A stretch of 63,819 nt of DNA, the filler included. It is 5 parts of 5 records of this genome, joined end to end, with 100 filler letters (N's around TTAATTAATTAA, not from the genome) between each part and the next. Parts side by side here need not be neighbours in the genome. Positions count along the whole stretch, not along the records: positions 1 to 8,379 come from DRR723986_3141; positions 8,480 to 24,639 come from DRR723986_3144; 3 more parts are not named here. One strand, written 5' to 3'. The notes under the pieces are model-generated. The model was given only the letters and a program-made list of their open reading frames with translations, did no database searches and had not been told where the DNA came from. The stretch's first letter is position 1; each line of letters begins with the position of its first letter. Position numbers and translations under genes: made by a program. Shown here piece after piece: positions 1 to 8,639 of the stretch.

Positions 1-343
1 GCGAGGTCATCGGCTCCTGGAAGATCATGGCAATGTCGCCGCCGCGAATGCGGCGCATGGCGTCCTCGGGAAGCTTGATCAGGTCCTTGCCCTGAAACAG
101 CACCTCACCACCGGAGACCCGGGCCATCGGCTCCGGCAGAAGTCCCATGATGGACAGAGCCGTGATCGACTTTCCGGATCCGGATTCGCCCGCGATACAA
201 AGGGTTTCACCGCGCTTCAGGTCAAACGACAGGCCCTTGACCACGGTCTTGCGGCCGGAAGGCGTCGCGACGTCCGTGCGCAGATCTCTTACGGAAAGAA
301 CAACGTCTTCGGCAACGGCTACATGGTCTGACTGGCTGGACAT
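1..343 (-). CDS. Dipeptide/oligopeptide/nickel-type ABC transporter ATP-binding subunit (partial; 3' part runs off the window start)
   Basis: Not in the ORF track. Manual translation from ATG 343 gives MSSQSDHVAVAEDVVLSVRDL...GLSFDLKRGETLCIAGESGSGKS (Walker A)...IRGGDIAMIFQEPMTS (Q-loop). Confidence 0.9.
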   Translation of the reverse strand, partial: MSSQSDHVAVAEDVVLSVRDLRTDVATPSGRKTVVKGLSFDLKRGETLCIAGESGSGKSITALSIMGLLPEPMARVSGGEVLFQGKDLIKLPEDAMRRIRGGDIAMIFQEPMTS

Positions 344-409
344 CCGGACGCCCTGGTCTTTCTTGAACTCTGGAAAACGGGCGACGGCGGTGACCGCCGC
401 CCGGCTGCG

Positions 410-1360
410 TTACTGAAGCACGACTTTCGGGAAGTAGAACGAGACCACCCAGTTGGGCATGTCCACGATTTCCGAAATCCGGAGATCGCCGCAGACCGAA
501 CACAGCATGTAGGCATCGACCGCGCTGTAGCCGTGACGGGCACACAGGAGGTCGATCATGTTGGAAACGGCTGCCTGAGCGCCTTCGAAGAGATCGCTGC
601 CGATACCGGTCGTGACTTCGTAGCCCATCTCGTCGAGATGGCGGGTCACCGGGCCCGGGGTTTCGAACCGTGGCATCTTGAGATTGGCACCCTTGATCAG
701 GTCCAGCTCGACCACCGTGTTCATCGGGCTTTCGATAGCGGTTCCGCAGACCTCGCCATCACCCTGCGCCGCGTGGGTGTCGCCGATGGAGAACAGGGCT
801 CCGGCAACTTCCACCGGCAGGTAGAGCGTTGTTCCGGCGGCAAGGTCGCGGATATCAAGATTGCCACCGACCCGCCGGGGCGGAACGATGGAATGAAGAC
901 CTGCTTCCGCCGGAGCGACACCGATGGTACCGGCAAACGGCTTCAACGGCACCTTTCCAAACGGGGCAAACGCCGAGGTTCCCAGCTTATCCTTGTCATA
1001 GGACCAGATATGCAGGGCCGGATCCTTGAACTGGTCCGCCAGCAAACCGAACCCCGGAATGTTGGCGGTCCAGCCAAAGCCGGAGGGTTTGAACTCGTGG
1101 ATCTTGACCACCAGCGCATCGCCCGGCTCGGCCCCATCCACATAGATGGGGCCATTGACCGGATTGATCTTGCCGAAATCCAGCGTCGAAACATCCGCGA
1201 CAGTGCTTTCGGGCGTGAGCTGCCCGGCCGAACTGTCGAGACATTCGAATTCCAGCACCGTGCCCGGTGCCACCGTTTCGGCCGGGGCATTGGAGTTGTC
1301 CCAACCGAAGTGGTGCTGTGCCGCGTGGATCGTGTAAGCGGCCTTGCAGTTACTGCACAT
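410..1360 (-). CDS. Acetamidase/formamidase (FmdA/AmdA family)
   Basis: Motifs NPVNGPIYVDGAEPGD, PRRVGGNLDI, LFSIGDTHAAQGDGEVCGTAIE. Start placed at ATG 1360 (MCSNC...), overlapping the SBP stop. Confidence 0.9.
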   Translation of the reverse strand: MCSNCKAAYTIHAAQHHFGWDNSNAPAETVAPGTVLEFECLDSSAGQLTPESTVADVSTLDFGKINPVNGPIYVDGAEPGDALVVKIHEFKPSGFGWTANIPGFGLLADQFKDPALHIWSYDKDKLGTSAFAPFGKVPLKPFAGTIGVAPAEAGLHSIVPPRRVGGNLDIRDLAAGTTLYLPVEVAGALFSIGDTHAAQGDGEVCGTAIESPMNTVVELDLIKGANLKMPRFETPGPVTRHLDEMGYEVTTGIGSDLFEGAQAAVSNMIDLLCARHGYSAVDAYMLCSVCGDLRISEIVDMPNWVVSFYFPKVVLQ

Positions 1361-2978
1361 CTTTCGCCCAAACGTAGTCGTAGTTGACGGGAATGTGGAC
1401 CGGATCGACGAAGATGGCATCGGGGCCACCCAGCCGCTCGGACCGCATCGTGAAACGCTGCTCGTGGAACACCGGCGCCCAGGCCGCGTCGTCCATCACC
1501 GAGATGAAGATCTTGCGCCAGGCTTCCTCACGCTCGGCCTTCTTCGCCGGGTCGGTGATACTGTCGGCAGCAGTGGCCTGCTTGTCCAGCTCCTCGTTGC
1601 AGTACCAGGACCAGTTCCACCCGCCCTTGACCGCGCCGGCACAGCCCAGGATCGGGCCATAGAAGTTGGACGGATCCGGGAAGTCGGCGATCCAGGCCAT
1701 GCCGCCGGACCAGATCATCGGTGCCTGGTCGGGCTCGCCGCCGGCCGCGATCACGTTGGCCTGGGCCAGTGCCTTGATTTCAGCCTTGATGCCGATTTCG
1801 GCAAGGTCGGCCTGGATGGACTGGGCAATGCGCGGGTTCGGGTCGGTGTTGTAGACATAGAGTTCGGTCTCGAACCCGTCAGCCAGACCGGCCTCGGCCA
1901 GAAGTGCCTTGGCGGCTTCCGGGTCATAAGCATATCCGGTGTACTCGTTGTCATAGCCCGGCATGGTGGGCGGCAGCGGCTGGTTTGCCGGGACTGCGCG
2001 GCCGTTGATGATGCGCACGACGCGATCCTTGTTGATCGCCATGTTGACGGCCTTGCGCACCTCCAGCTTGTCGAAGGGCGGCATCTTCACGTTCATGGTG
2101 ACATAGCCGGTGTGCAGCTGGCCACCTTCGATGATCAGGTCCTTGTATTGCGGGTCCTTGGTCACTTCCAGGAACTTCGCCGGGGGAATGCCATCGCCCG
2201 GAATATCGGCTTCGCCGCGCTGCAGGCGCAGGAGCGCAACCACCGGCTCCTGGCCGACTTCAAAGGTGATTTCGTCAAGCTTGGGAACGCCTGCGCGCCA
2301 GTAGTCCTCGTTGCGCTTGAACACCAGGCGCTGGCCGAGCGTCCATTCTTCCAGCGAGAACGCACCGGTGCCGACCGGATGCTTGCCGAAGTCGGCGCCA
2401 AATTCCTCCACGGCCTCTTTCGGCACGATGGACGAGAAGTTGATGGCCATCACGTGCAGGAAGGTCGCATCCGGGCGGGACAGTTCGATCTTGACCGTAT
2501 AGGGATCGACGACGGTGACACCTTCCAGGCTGGTGGCATCGCCGGCAGCCACGGCATCAAAGCCCTTGATGGAGCCGAAGAAACCGGCGCCCGGGCTCTG
2601 GGTAGCCGGATTGGTGACACGGTCGAGAGAATATTTGACGTCTTCCGCGGTCATCTCGCGGCCGTTGTGGAACTTCACGCCTTCACGCAGCTTGAAGGTG
2701 AAGACCGTGCCGTCATCGGAAATCGTGTAGTCCTCGGCCAGATCCGTCATCAGGTTGGTGGTGCCGGGTTCATAGTCCATCAGGCCGTCGAACAGGCTCT
2801 TGATCATCGACCAGTTCTGCCAGTCGTAGCCAATTGCCGGATCAAGCGTCGAGACGTCGTCCTTGTAAGTGACGATCATCGATCCGCCCTGCTTGATGTC
2901 GTCCGCCAGAGCGGATGCCGATGTCAGGGCGGTGGCGGCGAGAAGGGCGGCAGCCCCTGCCAATACTGTCTTCTTCAT
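1350..2978 (-). CDS. ABC transporter substrate-binding protein, family 5 (DppA/OppA-like)
   Basis: Sec signal peptide; DLAEDYTISDDGTVFTFKLREGVKFHNG and PVGTGAF motifs; 542 aa. Confidence 0.93.
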   Translation of the reverse strand: MKKTVLAGAAALLAATALTSASALADDIKQGGSMIVTYKDDVSTLDPAIGYDWQNWSMIKSLFDGLMDYEPGTTNLMTDLAEDYTISDDGTVFTFKLREGVKFHNGREMTAEDVKYSLDRVTNPATQSPGAGFFGSIKGFDAVAAGDATSLEGVTVVDPYTVKIELSRPDATFLHVMAINFSSIVPKEAVEEFGADFGKHPVGTGAFSLEEWTLGQRLVFKRNEDYWRAGVPKLDEITFEVGQEPVVALLRLQRGEADIPGDGIPPAKFLEVTKDPQYKDLIIEGGQLHTGYVTMNVKMPPFDKLEVRKAVNMAINKDRVVRIINGRAVPANQPLPPTMPGYDNEYTGYAYDPEAAKALLAEAGLADGFETELYVYNTDPNPRIAQSIQADLAEIGIKAEIKALAQANVIAAGGEPDQAPMIWSGGMAWIADFPDPSNFYGPILGCAGAVKGGWNWSWYCNEELDKQATAADSITDPAKKAEREEAWRKIFISVMDDAAWAPVFHEQRFTMRSERLGGPDAIFVDPVHIPVNYDYVWAKDVQ

Positions 2979-3049
2979 AGTCCAACCTCCGGTTCTTACG
3001 GTGATGTGCCGGACCGCTCTGAAGGCGGTTTTCCGGCGGTTGCCGCGCG

Positions 3050-3970
3050 TCAGCGCAGCTTGATCCTCGGATCAATCAGGGGAGCGATCAGGTCGGCAAG
3101 GAAATTGCCGAGCACGATCGCGAATGCGGACACGAGCGTGACGCCCATGATGATGGGAATGTCGACCCGCTGGATGGCCTGCCAGGCGAGCTGGCCGATG
3201 CCCGGCCAGCCGAACACGCTTTCAACCACCACGATGCCGCTCATGAAAAGACCGATATCGATCCCGATCATGGCGATGATCGGCAGCAAGGCATTGGGAA
3301 GGGCGTGGCCGAACAGGACCTGCCAGCGTTTCAGGCCTTTGGCGCGCGCCGTGCGGATGAAGTCCTGGCGCAGCACGTCGATCATGGACGAGCGCATCAT
3401 GCGCGAGTACCAGCCGGCTCCCAGGAACCCGAGGGTCAACGACGGCAGCACCATGTGCATGAAGGTGCCGTAACCGCCGATGGGGAACCAGCCGAGCTGC
3501 ACCGAAAAGACGTACAGCAGCAGGATGCCGATCACGAACTGGGGCGAGGAAACCCCGACGAAGGAAAGGACCATGAGGCTCGTATCTGTCGCCGTGTTCC
3601 GGCGCAGGGCTGCGACGAGCCCCATGGTAAGTCCGATCGCCAGTTCGCAGACGATGGCGCCGACCATGAGAAGGAGCGTTGCCGGCAGACGCGACCAGAT
3701 GAGCGCGCCCACTTCCGTCTTCTGCAGGTAGGAGCGGCCGAGATCGCCCTGCAGCAGCCCGGTCAGATAACGGAAGTACTGCTGGTAAAACGGCAGGTTC
3801 AGACCAAGCTGCTCGCGAATGTTCTCGACCGTCTGCGCGGTGGCGCTGCGGCCGGCGATCTGGCGGGCCGGATCGGCCGGGATCAGATAGAGCAGGACGA
3901 AGGTCAGGAAGGTGATGCCGATGAGGATCAGCACGGACTGGAACACCCGGCGCAGAATATAACCACCCAT
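3050..3970 (-). CDS. ABC transporter permease (DppB/OppB-like)
   Basis: PADPA...LGLNLP..QY; DFIRTARAKGL (EAA loop); ESVFGWPGIG; DPRI C-terminus. Confidence 0.93.
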   Translation of the reverse strand: MGGYILRRVFQSVLILIGITFLTFVLLYLIPADPARQIAGRSATAQTVENIREQLGLNLPFYQQYFRYLTGLLQGDLGRSYLQKTEVGALIWSRLPATLLLMVGAIVCELAIGLTMGLVAALRRNTATDTSLMVLSFVGVSSPQFVIGILLLYVFSVQLGWFPIGGYGTFMHMVLPSLTLGFLGAGWYSRMMRSSMIDVLRQDFIRTARAKGLKRWQVLFGHALPNALLPIIAMIGIDIGLFMSGIVVVESVFGWPGIGQLAWQAIQRVDIPIIMGVTLVSAFAIVLGNFLADLIAPLIDPRIKLR

Positions 3971-3972
3971 GA

Positions 3973-4887
3973 TCAGTGCCTCCCCTTCTGTGTCGGGTCG
4001 AGCACCTCACGCAGGGCGTCGCCCAGAAGATTGAAGCCCAGCGCCAGCGCGATGATGGCGATACCCGGGAAGAACACCAGCCAGGGCGCCGAGGTGAAAT
4101 AGGTCTGGTTTTCGTAGATGATGTTGCCCCAGGAAGGGGTCGGCGGCTGTACGCCGATGCCGAGATAGCTGAGCGTTGCCTCCAGCAGCACGGTCGTCGA
4201 GATGCCCAGCGTGCCGAAGACGACGATGGTCGACAGAAGATGCGGCAGGATATGGCGGAACAGGATACGGAAGAGGCCCGCGCCCATGGCCCGTTCGGCC
4301 AGGATGAATTCGCGCTCCGACAGCGACCTGGTTTCGGTATAGACAACACGCGCCATCTGCACCCAGTTGACCATGGCGATCACCATGGCAACGATCCAGA
4401 GCGATGGTCTGAACAGTGCCGCCAGCGTGATGGCAAGCAGCAGCGCCGGGAAGGCCATCATCAGATCGGTGAAGCGCATCAGCACCGTTTCCACCCAGCC
4501 ACGGAAAAAACCGGCGAGGATGCCGACAAAGGCACCGACTGCAACGGCGATCCCGTTGGCGACAACCCCGATGATGAGCGACGTCTGCGCGCCGTAGATC
4601 AGACGTGACAGGAGATCGCGCCCGAGCAGATCCGTGCCCAGCCAGAAGGTTTCGCCCGGAGGCAAAGGCGCGCCCTCCAGGGTCAGCCCTTCGAAGAACT
4701 GTTCCGCCGGGTCGAAAGGCGCGACAAAGGGAGCAAAGACTGCGGCCCCGACGATTACGCCGACCAGAGCCAGGGCAAAGACGGCGAGTTTCCTTTCCAG
4801 GAGACGACGCCAGACGCCTTTCGGTATCTCGGGTGCGGCGGTTTTCACGGTGTCTGGCATCGCTTCAGGCTTCACGTCGGCCGGCAT
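3973..4887 (-). CDS. ABC transporter permease (DppC/OppC-like)
   Basis: WLGTDLLGRDLLSRLIYG; EFILAERAMGA; EATLSYLGIGVQPPTPSWG. Start at ATG 4887 after AGGAGGG. Confidence 0.92.
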   Translation of the reverse strand: MPADVKPEAMPDTVKTAAPEIPKGVWRRLLERKLAVFALALVGVIVGAAVFAPFVAPFDPAEQFFEGLTLEGAPLPPGETFWLGTDLLGRDLLSRLIYGAQTSLIIGVVANGIAVAVGAFVGILAGFFRGWVETVLMRFTDLMMAFPALLLAITLAALFRPSLWIVAMVIAMVNWVQMARVVYTETRSLSEREFILAERAMGAGLFRILFRHILPHLLSTIVVFGTLGISTTVLLEATLSYLGIGVQPPTPSWGNIIYENQTYFTSAPWLVFFPGIAIIALALGFNLLGDALREVLDPTQKGRH

Positions 4888-5467
4888 TCTGCCCTCCTGA
4901 ACGCGCCAGCAGATCAAGCGCAACGTCTTCCATGGTTTGCCGGCTCGCCATCGCCATATCCTGAAGAAGTTTGTAGGCGGTATCGGCGTCGCTGCCCTGG
5001 TGCTGCATCAGGAGCAGGATGGCTTCGGCCACCTGAGGCCGACAGGCAAGGCGGGCTTCCAGTTTCGCGATCCTTTCCTCCGATGCGCGGCGCATGGCAA
5101 AGGTTCGCGTGGCAACGACGAGCGCGCCGTAGACACCGCTGGAGGCGATGGGCTTGCTCAGATGGGCAATGGCACCGCGCCGGATGGCCCATTCGACCCG
5201 CCCGGGAGCCTCGCTGCCCATCAGCGCGATCATCGGCATTGGGTGTTCTTCAACCGGCCAGGGGAACTGGGCATCATGACCGGCATCGGCGTCGAAGATC
5301 ACCAGATCGGCTTGCCTTGCTTCCTCGGGAAGTTCCGGCCAGGCGGTCGACACCGCAATGCCGAGACGGTCGAGCTGGCGGCAGACGGCATCCCTGTCGG
5401 AATGCGGCTTGTGCAGCACAGTCGCGGACCAACCGCGGAAACTCGGGGTGCGGAACAGGCTGCTCAT
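4865..5467 (-). CDS. AmiR-like ANTAR-domain RNA-binding antiterminator with pseudo-receiver N-terminus
   Basis: Receiver-like N-half (DLVIFD...AHLSKP), a coiled coil, then ANTAR helices (VAEAILLLM...DTAYKLLQDMAM...MEDVA). Directly follows an AmiC-like gene. Confidence 0.85.
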   Translation of the reverse strand: MSSLFRTPSFRGWSATVLHKPHSDRDAVCRQLDRLGIAVSTAWPELPEEARQADLVIFDADAGHDAQFPWPVEEHPMPMIALMGSEAPGRVEWAIRRGAIAHLSKPIASSGVYGALVVATRTFAMRRASEERIAKLEARLACRPQVAEAILLLMQHQGSDADTAYKLLQDMAMASRQTMEDVALDLLARSGGQNAGRREA

Positions 5468-6678
5468 GACGACACCAGCCTCAGTCTCGGCGTATTACCG
5501 TTGTCCGGTACCGGTGTATCACCAGATGTACCGGCGTTGCTTTCCAGCGGGTCATAGTGGACCAGATAGGGATCCGGCGCCAATGGGCCGGACGTCTTTT
5601 CGATGATGCGGAACCGGGAGCGGATGCGCTCGGGCCCGGTGGTTTCCACCACCGCGATCAACGGCTGCAGGTAAGCGTGCTGCGTTTGCGGATCGATCCG
5701 GATGTCTCGCAACGGCGTCCGGTGCGGCCGGCGACACAATTCCGCAAGGACATGATCCGGCGCATCCGAACCACACGCCTCGATAGCGCGGGCGAGCAGC
5801 CAGACGGCCTCATAGGGTCCGACGAACATCGATGAAATCGACGCATCCGGGCCGCGCAAGCCTTCCAGCCGGCTCAGGAAATCCTCGTTTTCCGGGGTGT
5901 CCAGCGTTTCGAAATAGGTCGAGGTGGACACAAGGCCCTCGGCGGCAGCCCCCAGGATCGGCAGCTCGGCTTCCGTCAGATTGCAACTGAGGATCGGGCA
6001 GCGGTTCGGCGCAAAGGCGGGATCTTCCATCGCAAGCCTCTTCATGGCGCGCAGGAAGGCGTAGCTGCTTTCGCCGATCAGGTTGTTGAAGATGAAGTCC
6101 GGCCGTTTTTCGCGGATTTCAACGATCAGATGGTCAATATTCTCGTCGCCGATGGCGACATAACGCTCGCCCAGAACTTCGCCGTCACACCCGGCCAGAA
6201 GTTCGCGGGCAATGCGGTTGGTTTCCCAGCCCCAGATGTAGTTGGACCCGAGAAGGAAAGCGCGGCGGCCGGATTCCGGAACGATGTGGCGGAAAAGCGG
6301 AACCACGCCCTGGTTCGGGCAAGCGCCTGTGTAGACCACACGATCATGGCTTTCGAAGCCCTCATAGGGCGTGGTGTACCAGAGCAGCCCGCGGCCACGC
6401 TCCATCACCGGCAAGACTTCCTTGCGGGAGGAGGATGTCTGGGTGCCGATGATGTGCCGGCAGCCGGCCTCCCGCATCATCCTGTCCGCTTCCACGGCGT
6501 AGTTTTCGGCAGAGCCCTTCGGGTCACCATCCACGCGCAGGAAACGGAAATCGAACAGACCGGAAGCGTTGATTTCATCGATGGCGATCCGGGCACCCCA
6601 ATAGCCTTCCTGCCCGATCGCGGCATAGGAACCGGATTTCGAAAACAGAACGCCAACAGGTATTTCACCAAAGGCCAT
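5464..6678 (-). CDS. AmiC-like cytoplasmic amide-binding regulator (AmiC/UrtA periplasmic-binding-protein fold)
   Basis: VGVLFSKSG, TSSSRKEV, YEGFE, YTGACPNQ, GSNYIWGWETNR motifs. No signal peptide. ATGA overlap with the ANTAR gene. Confidence 0.85.
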   Translation of the reverse strand: MAFGEIPVGVLFSKSGSYAAIGQEGYWGARIAIDEINASGLFDFRFLRVDGDPKGSAENYAVEADRMMREAGCRHIIGTQTSSSRKEVLPVMERGRGLLWYTTPYEGFESHDRVVYTGACPNQGVVPLFRHIVPESGRRAFLLGSNYIWGWETNRIARELLAGCDGEVLGERYVAIGDENIDHLIVEIREKRPDFIFNNLIGESSYAFLRAMKRLAMEDPAFAPNRCPILSCNLTEAELPILGAAAEGLVSTSTYFETLDTPENEDFLSRLEGLRGPDASISSMFVGPYEAVWLLARAIEACGSDAPDHVLAELCRRPHRTPLRDIRIDPQTQHAYLQPLIAVVETTGPERIRSRFRIIEKTSGPLAPDPYLVHYDPLESNAGTSGDTPVPDNGNTPRLRLVSS

Positions 6679-6728
6679 GTATTACCCTGCCCTTCAGCCG
6701 AACGATGCAAACCGCGGGGGCTGAACAT

Positions 6729-6772
6729 AAAAAAACCCCGACCCGCAGGTGGTCACCTGCGACAGATCGGGG
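6729..6772 (-). terminator. Intrinsic terminator inside the 5' leader of the amiC-like operon (attenuator)
   Basis: Minus strand CCCCGATC-TGT-CGCAGGT-GACC-ACCTGCG-GGTCGGGG followed by T7, about 50 nt upstream of the ATG at 6678. Confidence 0.85.
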
Positions 6773-6803
6773 CGCAATTGCCATGCGGCTGAACGATTGC
6801 CGC
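6771..6803 (-). promoter_or_regulatory. Putative ANTAR target RNA (tandem hairpins P1/P2; P2 overlaps the terminator 5' arm)
   Basis: Minus strand P1 GCGGC-AATCGTTCA-GCCGC and P2 GGC-AATTGC-GCC. The last CC of P2 begins the terminator stem. Confidence 0.65.
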
Positions 6804-6815
6804 TATTTCGATATC

Positions 6816-6844
6816 AGGATCGCCGAAGAAAAAAATCTTGTCAA
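6816..6844 (-). promoter_or_regulatory. Sigma70-type promoter for the amiC-like operon leader
   Basis: Minus strand TTGACA-N17-GATCCT immediately upstream of P1. Confidence 0.6.
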
Positions 6845-7329
6845 TCGCCGCAAAGCTCAAAGATCAGCCACGCATAAAATTTCGCCACAAGCGACGACGG
6901 CGACAAACGGCTTCCTATGAACCAATTTCAGGAGTTTCGCCAACCGGGAGCCAGAGCATCAAAAAGCACTCTTTTTCTTGAAAAGAATGACAAATTTTCT
7001 CCCAAACCAAGCAACAAACAACCCTATGAGGAAGGAGATGCAATACAAAGTTTCGCCTCAGGAGATAACCTGACGAAAATAGCGGAACCGATTAAAATTT
7101 GTTCCCCAGCACAAATTTCAGGCAAGCACCTCGCAAAGCCTTTTCCAAAAGGTGTTCACTTCGGGCCTAACTGATATTTTTCTTCATATTTTACAGTTAT
7201 TTACATAATTCCTGACTGAAGCCTTGCCGTTAAATTCCTGAACTCTCAAGCCCGGTCCGAAACTCGCATCGGGCACATCTTGGCAAAATGCACTACTTGC
7301 ACAGCTAAAAATATCGCGCCAATAATGCG

Positions 7330-7355
7330 ACCAATTCAAATTGGTTCGAATTGGT
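7330..7355. promoter_or_regulatory. Putative GntR/FadR autoregulatory operator
   Basis: ACCAATT-CA-AATTGGT inverted repeat plus a third AATTGGT half-site 10 bp further, just before the regulator ATG (7361). Confidence 0.5.
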
Positions 7356-7360
7356 ATGGC

Positions 7361-8077
7361 ATGAGCGGCACCGACAAACCTTCGCAGCGCAACTCCAGCA
7401 TGGCCTTGGAACGACTTCGGATCATCGTGGACCAACTCACGGCTGAGGGCGCGGAGCAGCTTCCCACCGAGCGTGAATTGTCCGAAACCATCGGTGTCGG
7501 CCGCAGGGCCGTACGCCGGGCGCTGGAAGTGCTTGAAACCGAAGGCAAGATCTGGCGCAGGCAGGGAGCGGGAACCTTCATAGGCAGCGAGCCTGCACAG
7601 CCGGAAAAGCAGATCCTGTCGCTGCACGAAAATTCCAACATGCTTGAGGTGATGGAAGTCCGGTTGCAGATCGAGCCGGTGCTGGCCCGGCTGGCCGCGC
7701 TGCGCGCCGCGCCTTCCGATATTGCCGCCATGAGCGACCTTGCGGACCGCGTCGGCAAGGCCGAAGACATGGACAGCCGCGAACTTTGGGACAGCGCCCT
7801 GCACCGGGCCATTGCACGGGCAGCACGCAACACGTTGTTCCTGGCACTTTTCGACGTTGTGGACCGGGTCCGGCAGGACACCGCCTGGCGTCATGTGCGC
7901 GAAGCGTTGAGAACCGACGATGCCCTGACGTTGTACCGGGCGCAGCATGTCGACATCATCGCGGCCATTGCCAACCGGGACCCAATCGCCGCGGAAAAGA
8001 CCATGCGCGCCCACCTGCTGGCGCTGCAGGAGCGTCTCCTTTTCCAGAGTGCAAGCGAGGCGGCAAATGCCGACTGA
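7361..8077 (+). CDS. GntR family (FadR subfamily) transcriptional regulator
   Basis: LPTERELSETIGVGRRAVRRAL...GAGTFI winged HTH; FCD domain (EVRLQIEP, DSALHRAIA...RN, H..II.AI...D). Confidence 0.9.
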   Translation: MSGTDKPSQRNSSMALERLRIIVDQLTAEGAEQLPTERELSETIGVGRRAVRRALEVLETEGKIWRRQGAGTFIGSEPAQPEKQILSLHENSNMLEVMEVRLQIEPVLARLAALRAAPSDIAAMSDLADRVGKAEDMDSRELWDSALHRAIARAARNTLFLALFDVVDRVRQDTAWRHVREALRTDDALTLYRAQHVDIIAAIANRDPIAAEKTMRAHLLALQERLLFQSASEAANAD

Positions 8078-8379
8078 GGCCCCCGTTCTTGAGGTTCAGG
8101 ACCTCTCGCTCCGTTTCAAGGGTGCACCGGCAAACATCGTCGATGGTCTGTCCTTTGCCGTTCGTCCGGGCGAAACCCTGTGCATCGTCGGAGAAAGCGG
8201 CTGTGGCAAGTCGGTGACCGCCCTGTCGCTAATGGGCCTGCTGCCCCGCGGAGTTGCCCGGGTCATGTCCGGCACGGCAACTTTCGCGGGGCAGGACCTT
8301 CTGGCCCTGCCAGAGCGCGCTCTCGCCGACCTGCGCGGTGACCGTATTTCCATGATCTTCCAGGAGCCGATGACCTCGC
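8067..8379 (+). CDS. Peptide/nickel ABC transporter ATP-binding subunit (partial, cut by contig end)
   Basis: GETLCIVGESGCGKS Walker A; ISMIFQEPMTS. Confidence 0.88.
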
Positions 8380-8479
8380 NNNNNNNNNNNNNNNNNNNNN
8401 NNNNNNNNNNNNNNNNNNNNNNNTTAATTAATTAANNNNNNNNNNNNNNNNNNNNNNNNNNNNNNNNNNNNNNNNNNNN
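8380..8479. other. Artificial contig spacer
   Basis: N44-TTAATTAATTAA-N44; the core puts stops in all six frames. Confidence 0.98.
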
Positions 8480-8605
8480 CAGCAGCGCGAGGCCGAGCTG
8501 ACCAACCAGATCAGCCAAACCGAGGCAGAGCTGGCCGCCGCCATGGAAGGGCTGCGCGATGCCCGCTATGAGGCCGAAGAGCTGCGAAAGCAGATCGAGC
8601 GATAA
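8480..8605 (+). CDS. C-terminal fragment of a coiled-coil hypothetical protein (partial)
   Basis: Open frame from the contig edge, QQREAELTNQISQTEAELAAAMEGLRDARYEAEELRKQIER*, with mostly GC-ending codons. Confidence 0.55.
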   Translation, partial: QQREAELTNQISQTEAELAAAMEGLRDARYEAEELRKQIER

Positions 8606-8639
8606 GAAAAGGGCGCGCGCACGAGCGCGCAGGCCCCGC

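Noticed and set aside
1344-3473. 709-aa plus-strand ORF and many other long overlapping ORFs (e.g. 533-1387, 32351-33964, 40748-42181, 42545-43792)
   Set aside because: Antisense shadows of real high-GC genes; no recognisable motifs or translation signals.
7038-7073. Small ORF MQYKVSPQEIT after GAGGAAGGAG in the long intergenic region, plus the 85-aa ORF 6917-7174
   Set aside because: Too short or compositionally atypical, with no motif; cannot be supported without conservation data.
8424-8435. TTAATTAATTAA as a biological motif (CtrA half-sites or PacI site)
   Set aside because: Embedded identically in all four N spacers; it is a six-frame-stop linker.
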